DNA from: the human T2T-CHM13v2.0 reference genome, Homo sapiens
Assembly (NCBI RefSeq): GCF_009914755.1
Contig: NC_060927.1
Strand: one strand, 5' to 3'
Length of the DNA stretch: 64,000 bases
Shown piece by piece: positions 35,760 to 50,737 of the stretch. The notes below the pieces were generated by a model, which saw only the letters and a list, made by a program, of their open reading frames with translations, searched no databases and was not told the origin of the DNA. The position numbers and the translations under genes are program-made. How positions within the stretch are numbered: the stretch's first letter is position 1; each line of letters opens with the position of its first letter.

Positions 35760-36264
35760 TCAGGTTTACTTCTTAACCAAGCTACTTTTATGACTACTAG
35801 TTCTTGCAGAACTGAATCTGCTTCATGCAGGTACAATTAGACTGAGACTTGTTATGCACTCATGCCATGGCCATATACCTCTAGTTTCACGCCTTATGGC
35901 TTGCTGGTGCCACAGACATGGAATTCTGCTCCATAATTACAGATATTCAAATTTCTAAAACTTTAGGGGAGTAAATCCTTGAGTGGGAGAAAGGAGGAGA
36001 CAGATAAATCCTTCCCTCTTTTGTCCCCAGGATGGACGCTTCTGAGATGCAGGTCACCAGACTCTGGCACATCCTGGTAGACCAAGCACTGGCTGCTCAT
36101 AGTAGTGGCCAACTCAGTAATACATCCCTGTATCAGCTTTGCCTTCTTCCTATTTTGCTTTCCCTGTCCTGTACACTTGCTTCCTGGGAAGCATATTCCA
36201 AAATAAACTATCTGGAAGGAAGTTTTTGCCTCAGGCTCTGCTTTGGGGGAATCCAGGCTAAGAT
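35760..36264 (+). mobile_element. LTR16-like ERVL LTR
   Basis: 3' end aataaac...ctcaggctctgctttgggggaatccaggctaaga. Confidence 0.6.
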
Positions 36265-38119
36265 AGAATTCTTCCTCATAAAATAGGAGCTAGCATTTTC
36301 TCTTGTTTCATATCATTTCTTACTAAAGTGTACCAATAGAGAGTCAAACATAAAGAGAAGCTTTTCTCAGTTTGGTGAAGGTGTGCGTGTGTATGTATAT
36401 ATCTGAGCATATAACTGCATTACAAAGCTAGTTCTAGTAATTATTTAGTTATCCACATAAAAAGACAGACAGATTACCTAAAAATAATGTATTTTTGATA
36501 TTGAGATACACCCACTCCCATATTTACTGACAGTCAAAACTCTTCTCTTCTATTCCTAGCTCCAAGTTTCTTCCAACTTGATACTTCTTTTATAACCTAG
36601 AATCCTGTGGTATGATGGTGGGGAAGAGATCTTGGGAAGTCCACAAAGCAAATAAACTAGTTTAAGAGTTAAATTGTAATTATCTGCTGCTTGACATAAT
36701 TCACATTTTATTCCCATCAAATAATTAAGGATTGATTGAATTGATAATGATGATATAATATGATTTCTTTTTACTTTAAAAACCTGTTCAGTTTGAAACA
36801 TTGTCAAAATGGCTATCAGGAGAATTTAGGGGGTTAAAAGAGAAGGGGGTTAGAAAAACACCTTCTTAAGTGAAGCTGGCCCCCCTCCAAATTCTAGTGT
36901 CTCATGATCATGGAGAGGAATTCTGATGACCATTTCCATAATCAATGTCTTGAGGAGGAATTTATTTTTTAGCCCGGGAAGATAGGATCCTATCAGAATC
37001 TCAAAGGTATGAGAATGTTACAAGAGAGCTTTGGAAAAGGGGTGTCCCTAAAATTTGGCCACCCATCAGGGATGCAGAAATTGGGTTTCAACTCATTTGA
37101 TAGCATGCTTCAAATTATTTTTATCCTATTATTGCTCCTTTCTTTGTAACCAGTAGATACCATGTGGATTCTGGCTTCTTTATCCTTTTGCAAGCACAGG
37201 CAAAAATTAGAGAAAACTCGGAATTACCCCTTTTCTTGTGGTTGCGTTATATGAGTAATTATCCATCATGAAATCCCTTCAACCTTCTGTTCAGTTTTGA
37301 TCACTTTATTTCCTTTGGTGAATCATAAGAACCATGATTGCACATATGTTCTTTTTTAAATCTTTAATTAATACTCCAGTTGGATAAAGAATTTGAGAAA
37401 TTGATTACCTTAATTTGAACTATTTTGGTTGCAAATGATAGAAAGCCAAGTAACAGTGGTTGGAGCAGAGATGCTGTGGTGTCTCAAAGATCTCAAGAGC
37501 AGAAGTGGGGCTGGGCTGCCAATGTTCAGCAGACCTCTGACTTCACCTTTTGCCTTTCTGTGTCTTTATCTTTATTTTGTACTTCATTTCTTTCTTTCTC
37601 ACTCTCTCAACTGGCATACTCTGCTCACATGGGAAGGAAACATGGCTGTTAACAGAACCTATCTGAGTTTTTCATTTATAATTTCAGTCACCTGGGAAGA
37701 GATTGACCTTCCTTGTTTTCAATGGCCAAATCCCTGGTGAAGGACCCTAAGTGGTCAGCTTGGATACTATGCTTACCCTAGAACCAATCTGCTAGCCAGG
37801 ACAGGTCATGGGAGGTGATTGGCCTACATATCTTCTCCTGGACCAATTAACTGAAGCCAGGGACACTTTGTGCAAGATGATTAGTCTAGAGTTTACCATC
37901 TTGATAGAGTGGGGCAGAGGATGGGAAGGGGTGATTTCCAGAAGAAAGTAGTGGAGGAGTACAGGTGGCTGTATGTAGTTTAGCAAAAATAGTTCATTAC
38001 ATTGATCTGAAGGAATTAGAATCTTATAGTCCATAAGGTAAATTTTACATAAAATATCACATGCCTCTGGTGCTGTGAGTTCCTTTAGAAAAAGTGTTTT
38101 TTTTTCTTTCGATTTACTA

Positions 38120-38496
38120 ATTTATTTTTTATTTCCATAGGTTTTTGGGGAACAGGTGGTGTTTGGTTACGTGAATAAGTTCTTCAGTGGTGATTTCTGA
38201 GATTTTGGTGCACCCATCACCCGAGGAATTGCCTGCTGCTTGAGATACACTGTACCCAGTCTGTAGGCTTTTATCCCTCACCCCCTCTTACCCTTTTCCC
38301 CAAGCCCGCAAAGTCCATTATATCATTCTTATGCCTTTGCATCCTCATAGCTTAGCTCCAACTTATAAGTGAGAAGATACGATGTTTGGTTTTCCATTCC
38401 TGAGTTACTTCACTTAGAATAATGGTCTCCAACTCCATCCAGGTTGCTGTGAATGCCATTATTTCATTCCTTTTTATGGCTGAATAGTACTCCATG

Positions 38497-38537
<41 letters not shown>

Positions 38538-38545
38538 TATATATA

Positions 38546-38588
<43 letters not shown>

Positions 38589-39745
38589 ATATCTCACAAT
38601 TCCTTTATCCACTCATTGATTGATGGGAATTTGGGCTGGTTCCATATTTTTGCAGTTGCAAATTGTGTTGCTATAAACGTGTGTGTGCAAGTATCTTTTT
38701 CGTACAATGACTTCTTTTCCTTTGAGTAGATACCCAGCAGTGGGATTGCTGCATCAAATGGTAGTTCTACTTTTAGTTCATTAAGGAATCTCCACACTGT
38801 TTTCCACAGCGGTTGTACTAGTTTACATTCCCAGCAGTGTGAAAGTGTTCCCCTTTCACTGCATTGCTGCCAACATCTATTTTTTTTTTTTTTTTTACCT
38901 TTCGATTATGGCCATTCTTAAAGGAGTGAGGTGGTATCGCATTGTGGTTTTGATTTGCATTTCCCTGATCATTAGTGATGTTGAGCATTTTTCCATATGC
39001 TTGTTGGCCATTTGTATATCTTCTTTTGAGAATTGTCTATTCGTGTCCTTAGCCCATTTTTTGATGGGATTTTTTTTTTCTTGGTAATTTGTTTGGGTTC
39101 CCTGTAGAGTCTGGATATTAGTCCTTTGTCGGATATATAGATTGTGAAGATTTTCTCTCACTCTGTGGGTTGTCTGTTTACTCTGCTGATTGTTTCTTTT
39201 GCTTTTTAGAGACATTTTAGTTTAAGTCCCATCTATTTATCATTGTTTTTGTTGCATTTACTTTGGGGTTCTTGGTCATGAAGTTTTTGCCTAAGCCAAT
39301 GTCTAGAAGGGTTTTTTTGATGTTCTAGAATTTTTATGGTTTCAAGTCATTCTTCACAGAACTAGAAAAGACAATCCTAAAATTCATATGGAACCAAAAA
39401 AGAGCCCACATAGCCAAAGTGAAAAGAACAAACCTGGAGGCATCATATTAACTGACTTCAAACTATGCTATAAGTCCATAGTCACCGAAACAGCATGGTG
39501 ACTATAGTATAAAAATAGGCACATAAACCAATGGAACAGAATAGAGGACCCAGAAATAAAGCCAAATACTTACAGCTAACTGATCTTTGATAAAGCAAAC
39601 AAAAACATAAAGTGAGGAAAGGACACCCTATTCAACAAATGGTGCTAGGATAGTTGGCAAGCCACATGAAGAAGAATGAATCTGGATCGTTTTCTCTCAC
39701 CTTATACAAAAGTCAACTCGAGATGGATTAAGGACTTAAATCTAA
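38120..39745 (-). mobile_element. L1PB (PB1-like), 5'-truncated, with 5' inversion (plus-strand piece 39347-39745)
   Basis: PB-type 3' end ggtttttggggaacaggtggtg; orientation flips at ttcaagtc|attcttcacagaac; (TG/TA)n at 38498-38592. Confidence 0.88.
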
Positions 39746-39989
39746 TAGTGGTGTTTTAAAATATTAATATCTAGTTCCTGATTATGTCATGGATAAAGGT
39801 GATATAACAATTCAGTAAAAACATCCAGTGGTATTAGAAGTATGTGAATGTTGCAATGTTGATAGCAATGAAAATGAAACATCAAATCATTGTAATTTGG
39901 TTTCATTTGCTCAGCTACTAAAATGCCTTTTCAATTAAATGTGTATTTATTTTTATTTGCTATTAATTATGCAAATAATAAGTGATTAA

Positions 39990-40228
39990 GCAGCCATACT
40001 CTGGAAATATTTTGCTTGGTTTGATATTTTTAACTTTGCCATGTACTGGCTGTACAGCCTTGGAAAAATTACATGTGTCCCAAATTGCTTATCTGTAATT
40101 GGGATAATAATTTTGTCTTCTCAGTAAGGTTATTGTGAGATAAAATTAGGTAATACAAGTAAAGTGCTTAGAATAGTGCCCAAAATGTAGTCAGTATTCA
40201 ATAAATGTTAGCTATTGTTATTATTAGT
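39990..40228 (+). mobile_element. MIR
   Basis: aaagtgcttagaatagtgcc...tcaataaatgttagctatt. Confidence 0.75.
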
Positions 40229-41831
40229 ATACTTGTTGGGCATTATGACTTTCAAGATTATAAATGAACGGTAAAAAATGAACTTTCTTATATACCTTTT
40301 AACATTTCACTGAAATGCTCACTTAAAATAGGCTCTTTGTGAAAAGTTTGTAAGTTCCATCACATAAAAATACAAAGTCAAGGTTACTGGTCATGCTTTG
40401 AAGACCTAAGCCACAGTCTGCTCTAGGTATTCATTAAAACTTTTCCCAAATGTTCTATTTCACAGATGTTCCAGCACTCTTTCCTTCAGAGCACGTAGTA
40501 GGATTTTATTTTCTACACCTTCCATGGTAAGTGTGGCTGTGTGACTTGCTTTGGCCAATGATTCATAATATATCTGGATAGAGTCAAAGTATGTTTTGCC
40601 ACATTCTCTTTTCCTCTACTATGACAACTGACCACCTCTAAGATCAGCCTTCTCCAGTAGCCTGAATCTCTCACTGAGAATGACAACTCACAATGGCTTT
40701 GAGGCATGATCAGCAAAGAAATTTTTTGTGTTTTAAATCACCGAGATTTTGCTATCTTCAATTCCAGTGGATCTAAGGCCCTTCAAATAAGGCCTCTAAA
40801 AAGAGGGTATCTTCAGGCATTGAGTGTGGCTAGGCTGGTTCTTTTTTGACTACATACAAGAATGAACATCTGTATAATTAGGTTATCAGTTTCAAAGAAC
40901 ATTACTAAGAGCAAACGTTCGAATGCAGGATAAAAACACCCACATTTTGTGTAACAATGCTGTTATTATTTAAAACTCTGGCATCAATTTAAAATTTATA
41001 TTAAAGTAATAAATTTCTAACCCATCCTCATAGAAGCAGATCTCATTTTTAAGGCTGCCATCTCCTTTTGCCTTGTAAGGCCCATATACACATCATTCCA
41101 ACACTTCCTAATGCTGTATTGATAAACTATCTTTCATTGTCCTGTCTAGTTTTAATTATCCATTAAAACCATCTCTTTCTCTTCTCTAATTTATGACACC
41201 TAATTTTCTCTATCCAGGAATTTCTATCCAGAAATTCCTTCAGGTTAAGTCATTTTTTAATTTCTTTTACCCATCTTAAAACTTAAGTACAGTTTATTTG
41301 TTCCTTGAAAAGAATGTTTTCTGTAATCTCTGGGCAAGGAATGAGTATCCAGTTGGGTTAAGGACCAGTTTCGAACTTGTGGAAATTTGATTTTATTGCA
41401 GATAGAGTTTTGCTGTACCATTTCCTCTGCTTCCAGTTGGCCAACAGAATCTTTTTAGTTTTTTTCCTCTGAAATGCTTCTTAAATCCACTCACACTTTT
41501 GCATCCCATGGACAGCACCATAGATCAGGTTCTCCTTATCTCTTGCTCATAAATTTCAAGCTACCCTACTGGTTTCCCTGGAACTATTCTCTCATCTACC
41601 ATCAGAATTACCATTCTGGAAACCAAATTCTAGAAGCTCACTGTCTGCCCAGGGAATTAAATGAACGCTTCAGCATTTATAGTCCCTCTTCCATCTTATA
41701 TTTTCTCCGCCACCTCGCAGGCTCCCATATCCACAATCCTGTAATGACACACTCTCGCCATTTGCTGCAAATATAGCTCTTCTAGTCCCTGATGCTCTCA
41801 CCATGAGCTAAAGTATCTTTCTATTCTATCT

Positions 41832-42239
41832 TGTAATGGTTTGCTGGGGCTGCAATACTAAATACCACAGATGGGAGGCTTAAGCAACAGAAATTTATTT
41901 TCCCACAGTCCTGGAAGCTAGAAGTCTAAGATCTAGGTGCCAGCCAAGTTGGCTTCCTCTGCAGCTCCTTTCCTTGGCTCACAAATGACGGCCCTCTCGC
42001 TGCCTCTTCACATGGTCGTCACTCTGTGCACGCGCACCCTGGCATGTCGTTTGAGTGTCCTAACCTTCTCTTCTTATAAAGACACCAGTTTGATTGGATT
42101 AGGGCCCACCCTATGGGCCTTGTTTTAACTTAATCACCTCTTTATTGGCCCTATCTTCAAATACTGTCATATTTTGAGGTACTGGGGTTAGGGCTTCAAC
42201 ACAGGACTTTGGTGGAAGGAAACAATTCAGCCTATAATA
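41832..42239 (-). mobile_element. MLT1B-like MaLR solo LTR
   Basis: gcaacagaaatttattttcccacagtcctgg...gattggattagggcccaccct...aattcagcc. Confidence 0.85.
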
Positions 42240-42781
42240 TAACCCATTTTCCAACTATTTATCCTTCAATATCTACTTTCCTGGGAAGCTTTCCTTGACT
42301 CCTCTAATTACTGACTCCTCGGTGCTCCCATAGCCCTTGGCACTTACCTCTGTTGTCACACTAACTGTACAGTATTGTAATAACTGATGTCACAGATTGG
42401 TAAATTTTTTCTTAAAGGGCCAGGTGGTAGATATTTTAGGCTTTACAAGCCAAACAGTCACTGTCATCACATTGCAGCAAAAGGAGTGCAGAGAGTTCTA
42501 TATGTTCTCGGGTGACCGTATATGGGGGCATCACAAGCCCACAGTAGAGGACTTGTTCTTGGAATTTTACCCTAAGGATGGTAAACTGCATGAAAACATC
42601 TTTTGCTATGTATTCATTTACTTCTCATGAAAATCTAGTGCAGCTTAGGGAGTGACAGGACAAATACATTTTGCTACCAGATGCCATTTGGCCACCCATG
42701 CCATGGTTTAAGGAGCTGGGTGTTAATAGCAACTCAGATAGCTGTGGGATCCAGAGAAGGTCATTTAATCTCTTGGGAAAA

Positions 42782-42787
<6 letters not shown>

Positions 42788-42814
<27 letters not shown>

Positions 42815-43101
42815 TTTGAGGCAGGGTCTTGCTGTATTGCCGATGCTGGAGTGCAGTGGTGCTATCATGGCTCACTGAAGCCTTGACTTCTTGGGCTCAA
42901 GGGATTCTTCCCACTGCAGCCTCCCAAGTAGCTGGGACTACAGGTGTGCACCACCACACATGGCTAATTTTTGTATTTTTCTATAGAGACCAGGTTTCAC
43001 CCTGTTGCTCAGGCTGGCCTTAAACTCCTGGGCTCAGGGGATCCTCCCACCTAGGCCTTCCAAAGTGTCGGGATTGCAGGTGTGAGCCACCATACCCAGC
43101 T
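42788..43101 (-). mobile_element. AluJ
   Basis: Antisense dimer; degenerate TSD ggga(c)aaatttct. Confidence 0.88.
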
Positions 43102-43177
43102 TGCCTGGGACAAATTTCTAATTAAAAAAATAAATAGTTGGACTGAAAGCATTTTCAATGAAAGACCAATTGGCATT

Positions 43178-43306
43178 GAAGCAGGACAATTCTTTCACAT
43201 GTAAGACTATCCTGCACATTGCAGGAAATTTTAAGTCTCTAGCTTCTGACCGGTAGCACCTCCTGGCCTTTATGGCAACCCAAAACATCCCCAAATATTT
43301 CCAAAC
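43178..43306. mobile_element. MER20 fragment
   Basis: tcctgcacattgcagg...ggcaacccaaaacatccccaaatatttcc. Confidence 0.65.
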
Positions 43307-43609
43307 AATCTGAGTTTTGAACACCTTGGATAATCTCAAAATCTCTTCAAATTCTGGAATTTTATGGCTTATATATATATTTTGACAGTTAAATATATGG
43401 CAAATGCCTCTTTGTCTGAAATCTATGCTAATTAGAAAGCTCAGATAACCAGTTTGTTTTGTACGTATTGTGGGGGTAGATATTGTATATTCTGACTCTT
43501 TGTATTTTGAGAAAGCAAGTAAGTCAATAATTTGTGTTAATTCTGAAATGTTGCATATAAGGCACATCATTGGGATTTAACCCAATCTTTAATCCTTTTG
43601 CAACTTACA

Positions 43610-43812
43610 AAATGGTAGCCATTGGCCACATATGACTATTTAAATTTAAATTCAGATTACCTAAAATTAAGTAAAATTAAGAATTCAGTATCCCAGTCAT
43701 ACCTGTCACATTTTACTATACATGTGGCTCATTGCTATCATATTGAAGAGTATAGATATAGGGTACTTCTTCCCACACAGAAAGCTCTAATAATGTGGTT
43801 TCTACTGTCCTA
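43610..43812 (-). mobile_element. MER3
   Basis: tggtagccattggccacatatg...catgtggctc...acagaaagctcta. Confidence 0.7.
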
Positions 43813-44241
43813 GTTTAACCAGTTATAACTGACTCAAGCTATGTCATGCAACATTTTATTTTACTCAGTTCATTTTTAATACTGAAAATCTCATTATATT
43901 CTAATTAGCTGCAATCCAGACATGAAAACTTTGCAAGAAGGCTGAACATTTACTATAATTCATAAAATATACATTTGGCAATTAAGATATTTTAAATTTT
44001 TATAGGATGATCAGAATCTAGAAGAACTGACAGCCCAGATTTTTATATATGGAGGCCTAATAAGACATGATTATCTATTTTGAAGAGCCTTGCAACCACA
44101 GGCATTTCCACAGTCAGCCCTTCTCATACAAGTTTGGAGCCATTAGAGACAGAAAAAGTCACTCTGATTTGGCACAAGTCTTTTGACTGTGTGAGTTCAC
44201 CTGCTGAAGGAGGCCTGCTTGCTGCCTCATGTTAGAATTAA

Positions 44242-44428
44242 ACACTCTGGGGACTGTTGTGGGGTGGGGGGAGGGGGGAGGGATAGCATTGGGAGATATA
44301 CCTAATGCTAGATGATGAGTTAGTGGGTGCAGCACACCAGCATGGCACATGTATACGTATGTAACTAACCTGCACAATGTGCACATGTACCCTAAAACTT
44401 AAAGTATAATAATAATAAAAAAAAAAAG
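44242..44428 (+). mobile_element. L1PA2/3 3' UTR stub (about 185 bp)
   Basis: G-rich tract, gatgatGAGttag (not Ta), cttaaagtataat, poly(A). Confidence 0.92.
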
Positions 44429-45446
44429 AGTTTGTCTGGAGGGGGCCTGTTTCACTTTTTTGCCTCGCTGGAACCTCACATGTCTCCATCCTGTCCCAGA
44501 ATGCAGGAATAGAGCTTGAAGTCTCAGAATGAATGAGGCAAGTGTAAGATCACAGGTAGGTTGATGAGTCCCTCATAACCACATGTGCTATGTTTTAATT
44601 AGTGGAGCTTTTCTTATCTCCATGGCTGTATTTTAATTGCCTGTGAGGCAGCCTGGCTTCCTAGATGAAGGCTCACACAGCCCCTTGGAGACCCAACAAT
44701 GATTTATTGGTGCTTATCCAAAAGTTCCAGATGGCTTCCTGTTATGGCAGCTTTAACTCAACTCACAGTTACAGGTAAGAGACCTATAGGTGACAGCCAA
44801 GCTGATTGTCAGGCCCTTTTACCAATCTCTAACTGTGAGAATCCATTCCTCTTTGGAGAACCCTTCAAATGGGTAAATAACCTCTTGTATTGTGCAGTCC
44901 TAATAACTAGCACTGATGACATATTTACCTGGCAGTAGGCACTGGGCTAAGATTTTTACATATATATTTCACTTATTCCCCCCAACTAGATAAGGAGTGT
45001 TTTATTACTAGCTTTGATCTCAGAGACATTACATAACCTACTGAAAGCCATAAAGTAAGGAAGATATAGGGCTGAGATTTGAACCCAGGCAATCTCACTC
45101 CATTGTGTGTGTGTGTGTGTGTCACATATGACTCCATTAAATGTTTGACATACTTTTCTATTTCATCTTCTTTACAGTCCTATGCAGTAGAAAAAGGCCC
45201 AACATAAAGCCAAAGAAAGAGTCAAGGACCCCAACATAGACAAGTTAAATTTCAAAACCCCTCAACAAACTGACTTTCTCGTCCTCAGACAAAATCATGC
45301 CTACAACATGACGTGACAAATATGAGAGGAGAGGACAGACCTGGAGAGGAAAAGACTACCTGCCTATGTGACAGACCCCTTCCAATTAGGCTATACTTTC
45401 CATCAAGAATTACTCTGGTAACCTCAAAAAAGAGGCAGTTATTCTG

Positions 45447-45764
<318 letters not shown>

Positions 45765-46673
45765 TAAAGCTACATTTGGGGGCAAAGAAAAATGAAGGAT
45801 CTCACGGAAATCTACCCAGTGGGTTTGGGCCTCCTGGACCCAGGAGGTGGAGAGGGGTTTGGGATCTGGGAAAGTTCAAGGCGTTTCAGGAATCCACTCT
45901 TTGGGTTCCTCCATTATCAGGATCAGCTTCTCAGTACATCTGCTTCTCTCTGAGATGCCAACATCTGCCTCATGCCACCCTCTGCCTTATTCCCCTATTT
46001 CCAATGCCACTGATGAAAGAAAAGATTGGATTGGCTCTGCAATATCCATCATCTCCATTTGGGCAGAACCCCTCCTGCCCAAACCAAAGGCAGATGATTG
46101 GCTGCCTTTGTGTCCGGCGCCCACCCAAGGCCCAATCACCTGTAGCTCATGGGGCAGGGCAGGATAAGGATGGGTGGGACATAAGAAATTGAAAATCTTT
46201 GCCCCCTAGATTAAACCTCCTGCAGAGCTGTTTCCCACCGAATGGGCTGGGGATTTATGGGCATTGAAACTCATGTATCATTTACAGAGAAAAAGTACTG
46301 CAATTTTACATAAATAAGATTAAAATTCACTCCTGTCTAGTGGCTGTTTACATTTTGGGAGGTGATTTCTCAATTTTCTCCTGGTTACATAGCTCTTTCC
46401 ATAGCAAGTCAACCCAAAGTACTCCCCATACCCTTGCAAATCAGATTTAGATACAATTCCTATGTATTCTGTATGTTAAAAATGTTTTCACTAGGAAATT
46501 TCTCTGACTCAAAGTCACCCTAAAACAGGATGCCCAGCTTCTGAAGGTCTCATCTGGGATTTTGATTGAGGGTTTCAGGCCTTAAATTTTAATTTTTTAG
46601 TATGTTCTTTGACATATAACCATTCTCACATAAATTCTGAGAGTTAATGTTTTCTGCTGGTGTATACCCTACC

Positions 46674-47025
46674 TAGTGGTTCTCAGCTCTAGCTACACAG
46701 CAGAATCATCCAGGGAACTTTTAAAAAATACTTCAGCCAGCAACGTACCCGAAAATTCTGACTTAATTGTTCTGGGAAGGCCTGAGCACGTTTAAAAAGC
46801 TCCCTGGGCGATATTAATGCAAAGCCAGCATTCATAACCACAGTTCTCAAAGTGTGGTCCTCAACCAGCAGCATTGGGATCATCTGGAAACTTGTTAGAA
46901 ATGTAAATTTTGGAGCCTCATCTGAGACCTGCTGATTTAAAAACTGTGGTGGTGGGCCCAGCTATTTGTGCTTTAACGAGCCCACAGGGAGATTCTGATG
47001 CATGCTGAAGTTTCAGAATCACTGG
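46674..47025. mobile_element. Adjacent MER5B/MER5A MITEs
   Basis: gtggttctcag...; gttctcaaagtgtggtcc...gaaacttgttagaaatg...aatcactgg. Confidence 0.75.
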
Positions 47026-49200
47026 TCTACAATGAGCTGTTTAATTTATTTTACCTCTTCCGAGAACCAAATCTCAAACTTTTGAACTAAACCTCTTGGA
47101 GGTGGCCTCTTGAGTCACATTTGTCATGCAGCTTAACTGACTTCCTTAGAGCTGCATTGGGCTGTCTTATTGCTTAGCAGAAGGTTAATTGTTTTGATAA
47201 TTTTGGCAATCTTCAGCTCGTTTATTTATGATTATTAATTACCAAAATAAAACAGCTAGTTATTCCCCCTCAGTGGGCTCCCTTTATTATTTCTTTTTTA
47301 ACATGATTGTTTTACTAATTGTTTCAGACAATCATTTTTCTCCCTGCACCTGTTCCATGACATGATAAATTGGCCAGGTATTAAGTGGCTGCTGGTTCTA
47401 TTTTCAGCTGCCATGATAAAATTTTCACGTTTTGGGGGAGTAAAGGCTCAACTATTCACCAATATTTTTGAAGCTAAATATTTTTACAAACATGTAAAGT
47501 ATAATGTGTTTGCCATAAAAGTAAACACATATTTTAATCTATCTCAGTAGAAACCTAGTACAGGGTATCATAGAGGATCTAAAATCCAGGATGCAATGCA
47601 GTCATTGTCACTGTATTGTAATTGTCTGTTTATGAGTCTGTCCCCTGCTAAATGCTGGGCCTCTGAACTGGTGGTTTATATCTTATTCTTTTCTGGCTGA
47701 TAGAGTGGCTGGTTTATAGTAAACACTGAATACATGTATGGGGGAATTAATAAACCAAAAAAGGAATGATGACATCATGCAACACCGGCTGGTCGAATCT
47801 AGGGCATCATATTTATTTTTTCTGGGGGCCATTCTATAAAACACTTAATGGTGACATAATTCAAAGGTAAAAATCAGGCTGGGGCATTAGAATTCTTTGG
47901 GTAAGGTAAGAGAATCTGGGGGAGGAAAGGGGAATGCTGCATGGGTTTGGAGCTGCTCCTTTGTTGGAATGCAGTGGATTTTCCCTCTCCCCTGTGGAAG
48001 AGTGGGAAGGCTTGATGCTCTCCTGCCAGTGAGTGGGTTAAGAGCATGGCTTGGGGTGTCAGTGCATGCACAGTTATTATAGTGATTGAGAAGGCATTAA
48101 CATGCTTTGGTGGGAAGGCAAAGTTCTTCTATCTCTGGGGTCTAAGATATCTGTGGTGGGTGGTGTGGGGGAGAGCTGGGGGAATGGTAGTCCATTTGAG
48201 CATATTTCCCCAAAGAGGCAAATTGACAATAGGTTATTTAAAGTTGTATGTTTAACACCATAATGAGAAATCCCTGGAGCAAGTAAATTATAGAGAAAGT
48301 TCTAAAAGGTGGCACCTTGTGTCAGCCACCCCCACCAAGTCAGCCTCTGGCTTCACTGTGACTGGGGTGGGGTGTGGAAAGAGAAGTGGTTGTGGAGCTA
48401 GGCAGAGGCTTAGAATGGAAGCTGTCTGAAAACAGCAGGTCACCTCTGGAGAAAGCCTTATGCTGGGGACCTTATACTGGGGAAGGGGGATTGGAGCATC
48501 TGATTCTGGGATGGATAAGATGGCCCTTCTGGTAGCTCTCAAACCTCATAGGACATAGGAGAGTCTATGAGGCAGTGTAAATTAATAAGGAACATTAAGC
48601 TTGTGAAGGTCTCAGAACAAAACTTTCTTCCTCTGTGACCCAGGCATGGACACCATTTGGCAAGATGGTATGTGAAAGGCAAAGGACTTTGAGATGAGGG
48701 AAGCACAAAAAGAACTATTTCTGCCCATTTTTAGCCCAGGAAAACAATAACCTGTTTCTTTGATGAATGATTTGTATTTGCTGGTTTCCAGATTAGTCAA
48801 TTTTTTCATGTCTTGCTCTTCCTTCATACCTCCTCCGCCTCTACCAGCCCTTAGACCATATACTTCTATTCCATCTCCCCTCACCATTCAATTTGTCTCC
48901 CATTTCCAGTCCACTTGTACCAGATTAGCTATCAATAATCTATTAATATATGAAAATATAGCTGTATTTTGCATCCACACTGGGACTGTTAGCACACACA
49001 TGCATTTTCTTAACAGCCAAAACATGAAGAGTTTCTGGTTATTATGAACATACACAGAACAATTGGCCATTAGAAGCCTCCTTCCAGTTCTTCCTGTGAA
49101 CCAGGACCTTTGCTATTCCTCAGGACCTTTGTTATTCCCCTATCTGGAATATTATTCCCCTCCCTTTTCACTGAGCTAAAACCAACTCATTCTTCAGTTT

Positions 49201-50134
<934 letters not shown>

Positions 50135-50244
50135 GTTTTAAGTTCAAATGTAGTAACTGCAATACTAGAGCAAAATGACAACGCTAATATTTCAGTATTT
50201 GTTTCAAGTTTTAACACCACTATTTTATTTTTCAAAAAGTGCTA

Positions 50245-50440
50245 GCACGGCATAATGGTTAAGAGCATGAGCTCTGGAACCAGACTGCCTCACTTTGATT
50301 CTCAGCTCTATCATTTACTACTATGTGACCTTGGGCAAGTTGCTTAACCTCTCTGAGCTTCAACCTCCCCATCTGTAAGTGGAGATAATACTGATACCCA
50401 CCTCATAGGGGTGCTGTGAGCATCAAACAAGTAATATGTG
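50245..50440 (+). mobile_element. MIR
   Basis: tgtgaccttgggcaagttgcttaacctctctgagc. Confidence 0.85.
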
Positions 50441-50737
50441 TTGTAACAACTCATTTGATTAAAAATAGAAACTTAATGTTTAATACATTTCAAATGCAAA
50501 CATATTTAAACCTATTACTAAATGAAATGAAAATATTAATTTATAAAAAGTCATTAAACATACATTATTCTGCTATAAATTATTTGAAGATACAATTAAT
50601 AGAAATAAAATATTATTAAAAATTGATGCTGAATAAAAATGAGTAAAACTTGATTAGTAATAAAAAACTGAATGTATAATAATTTTTGATCTTTTCAAAA
50701 AGCTGTGGTATTAACAAACCAAAAATGACAATGGTCA

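Noticed and set aside
45776-46192. 138-aa and 106-aa overlapping ORFs
   Set aside because: Non-ATG starts, no recognisable domain, no convincing splice boundaries
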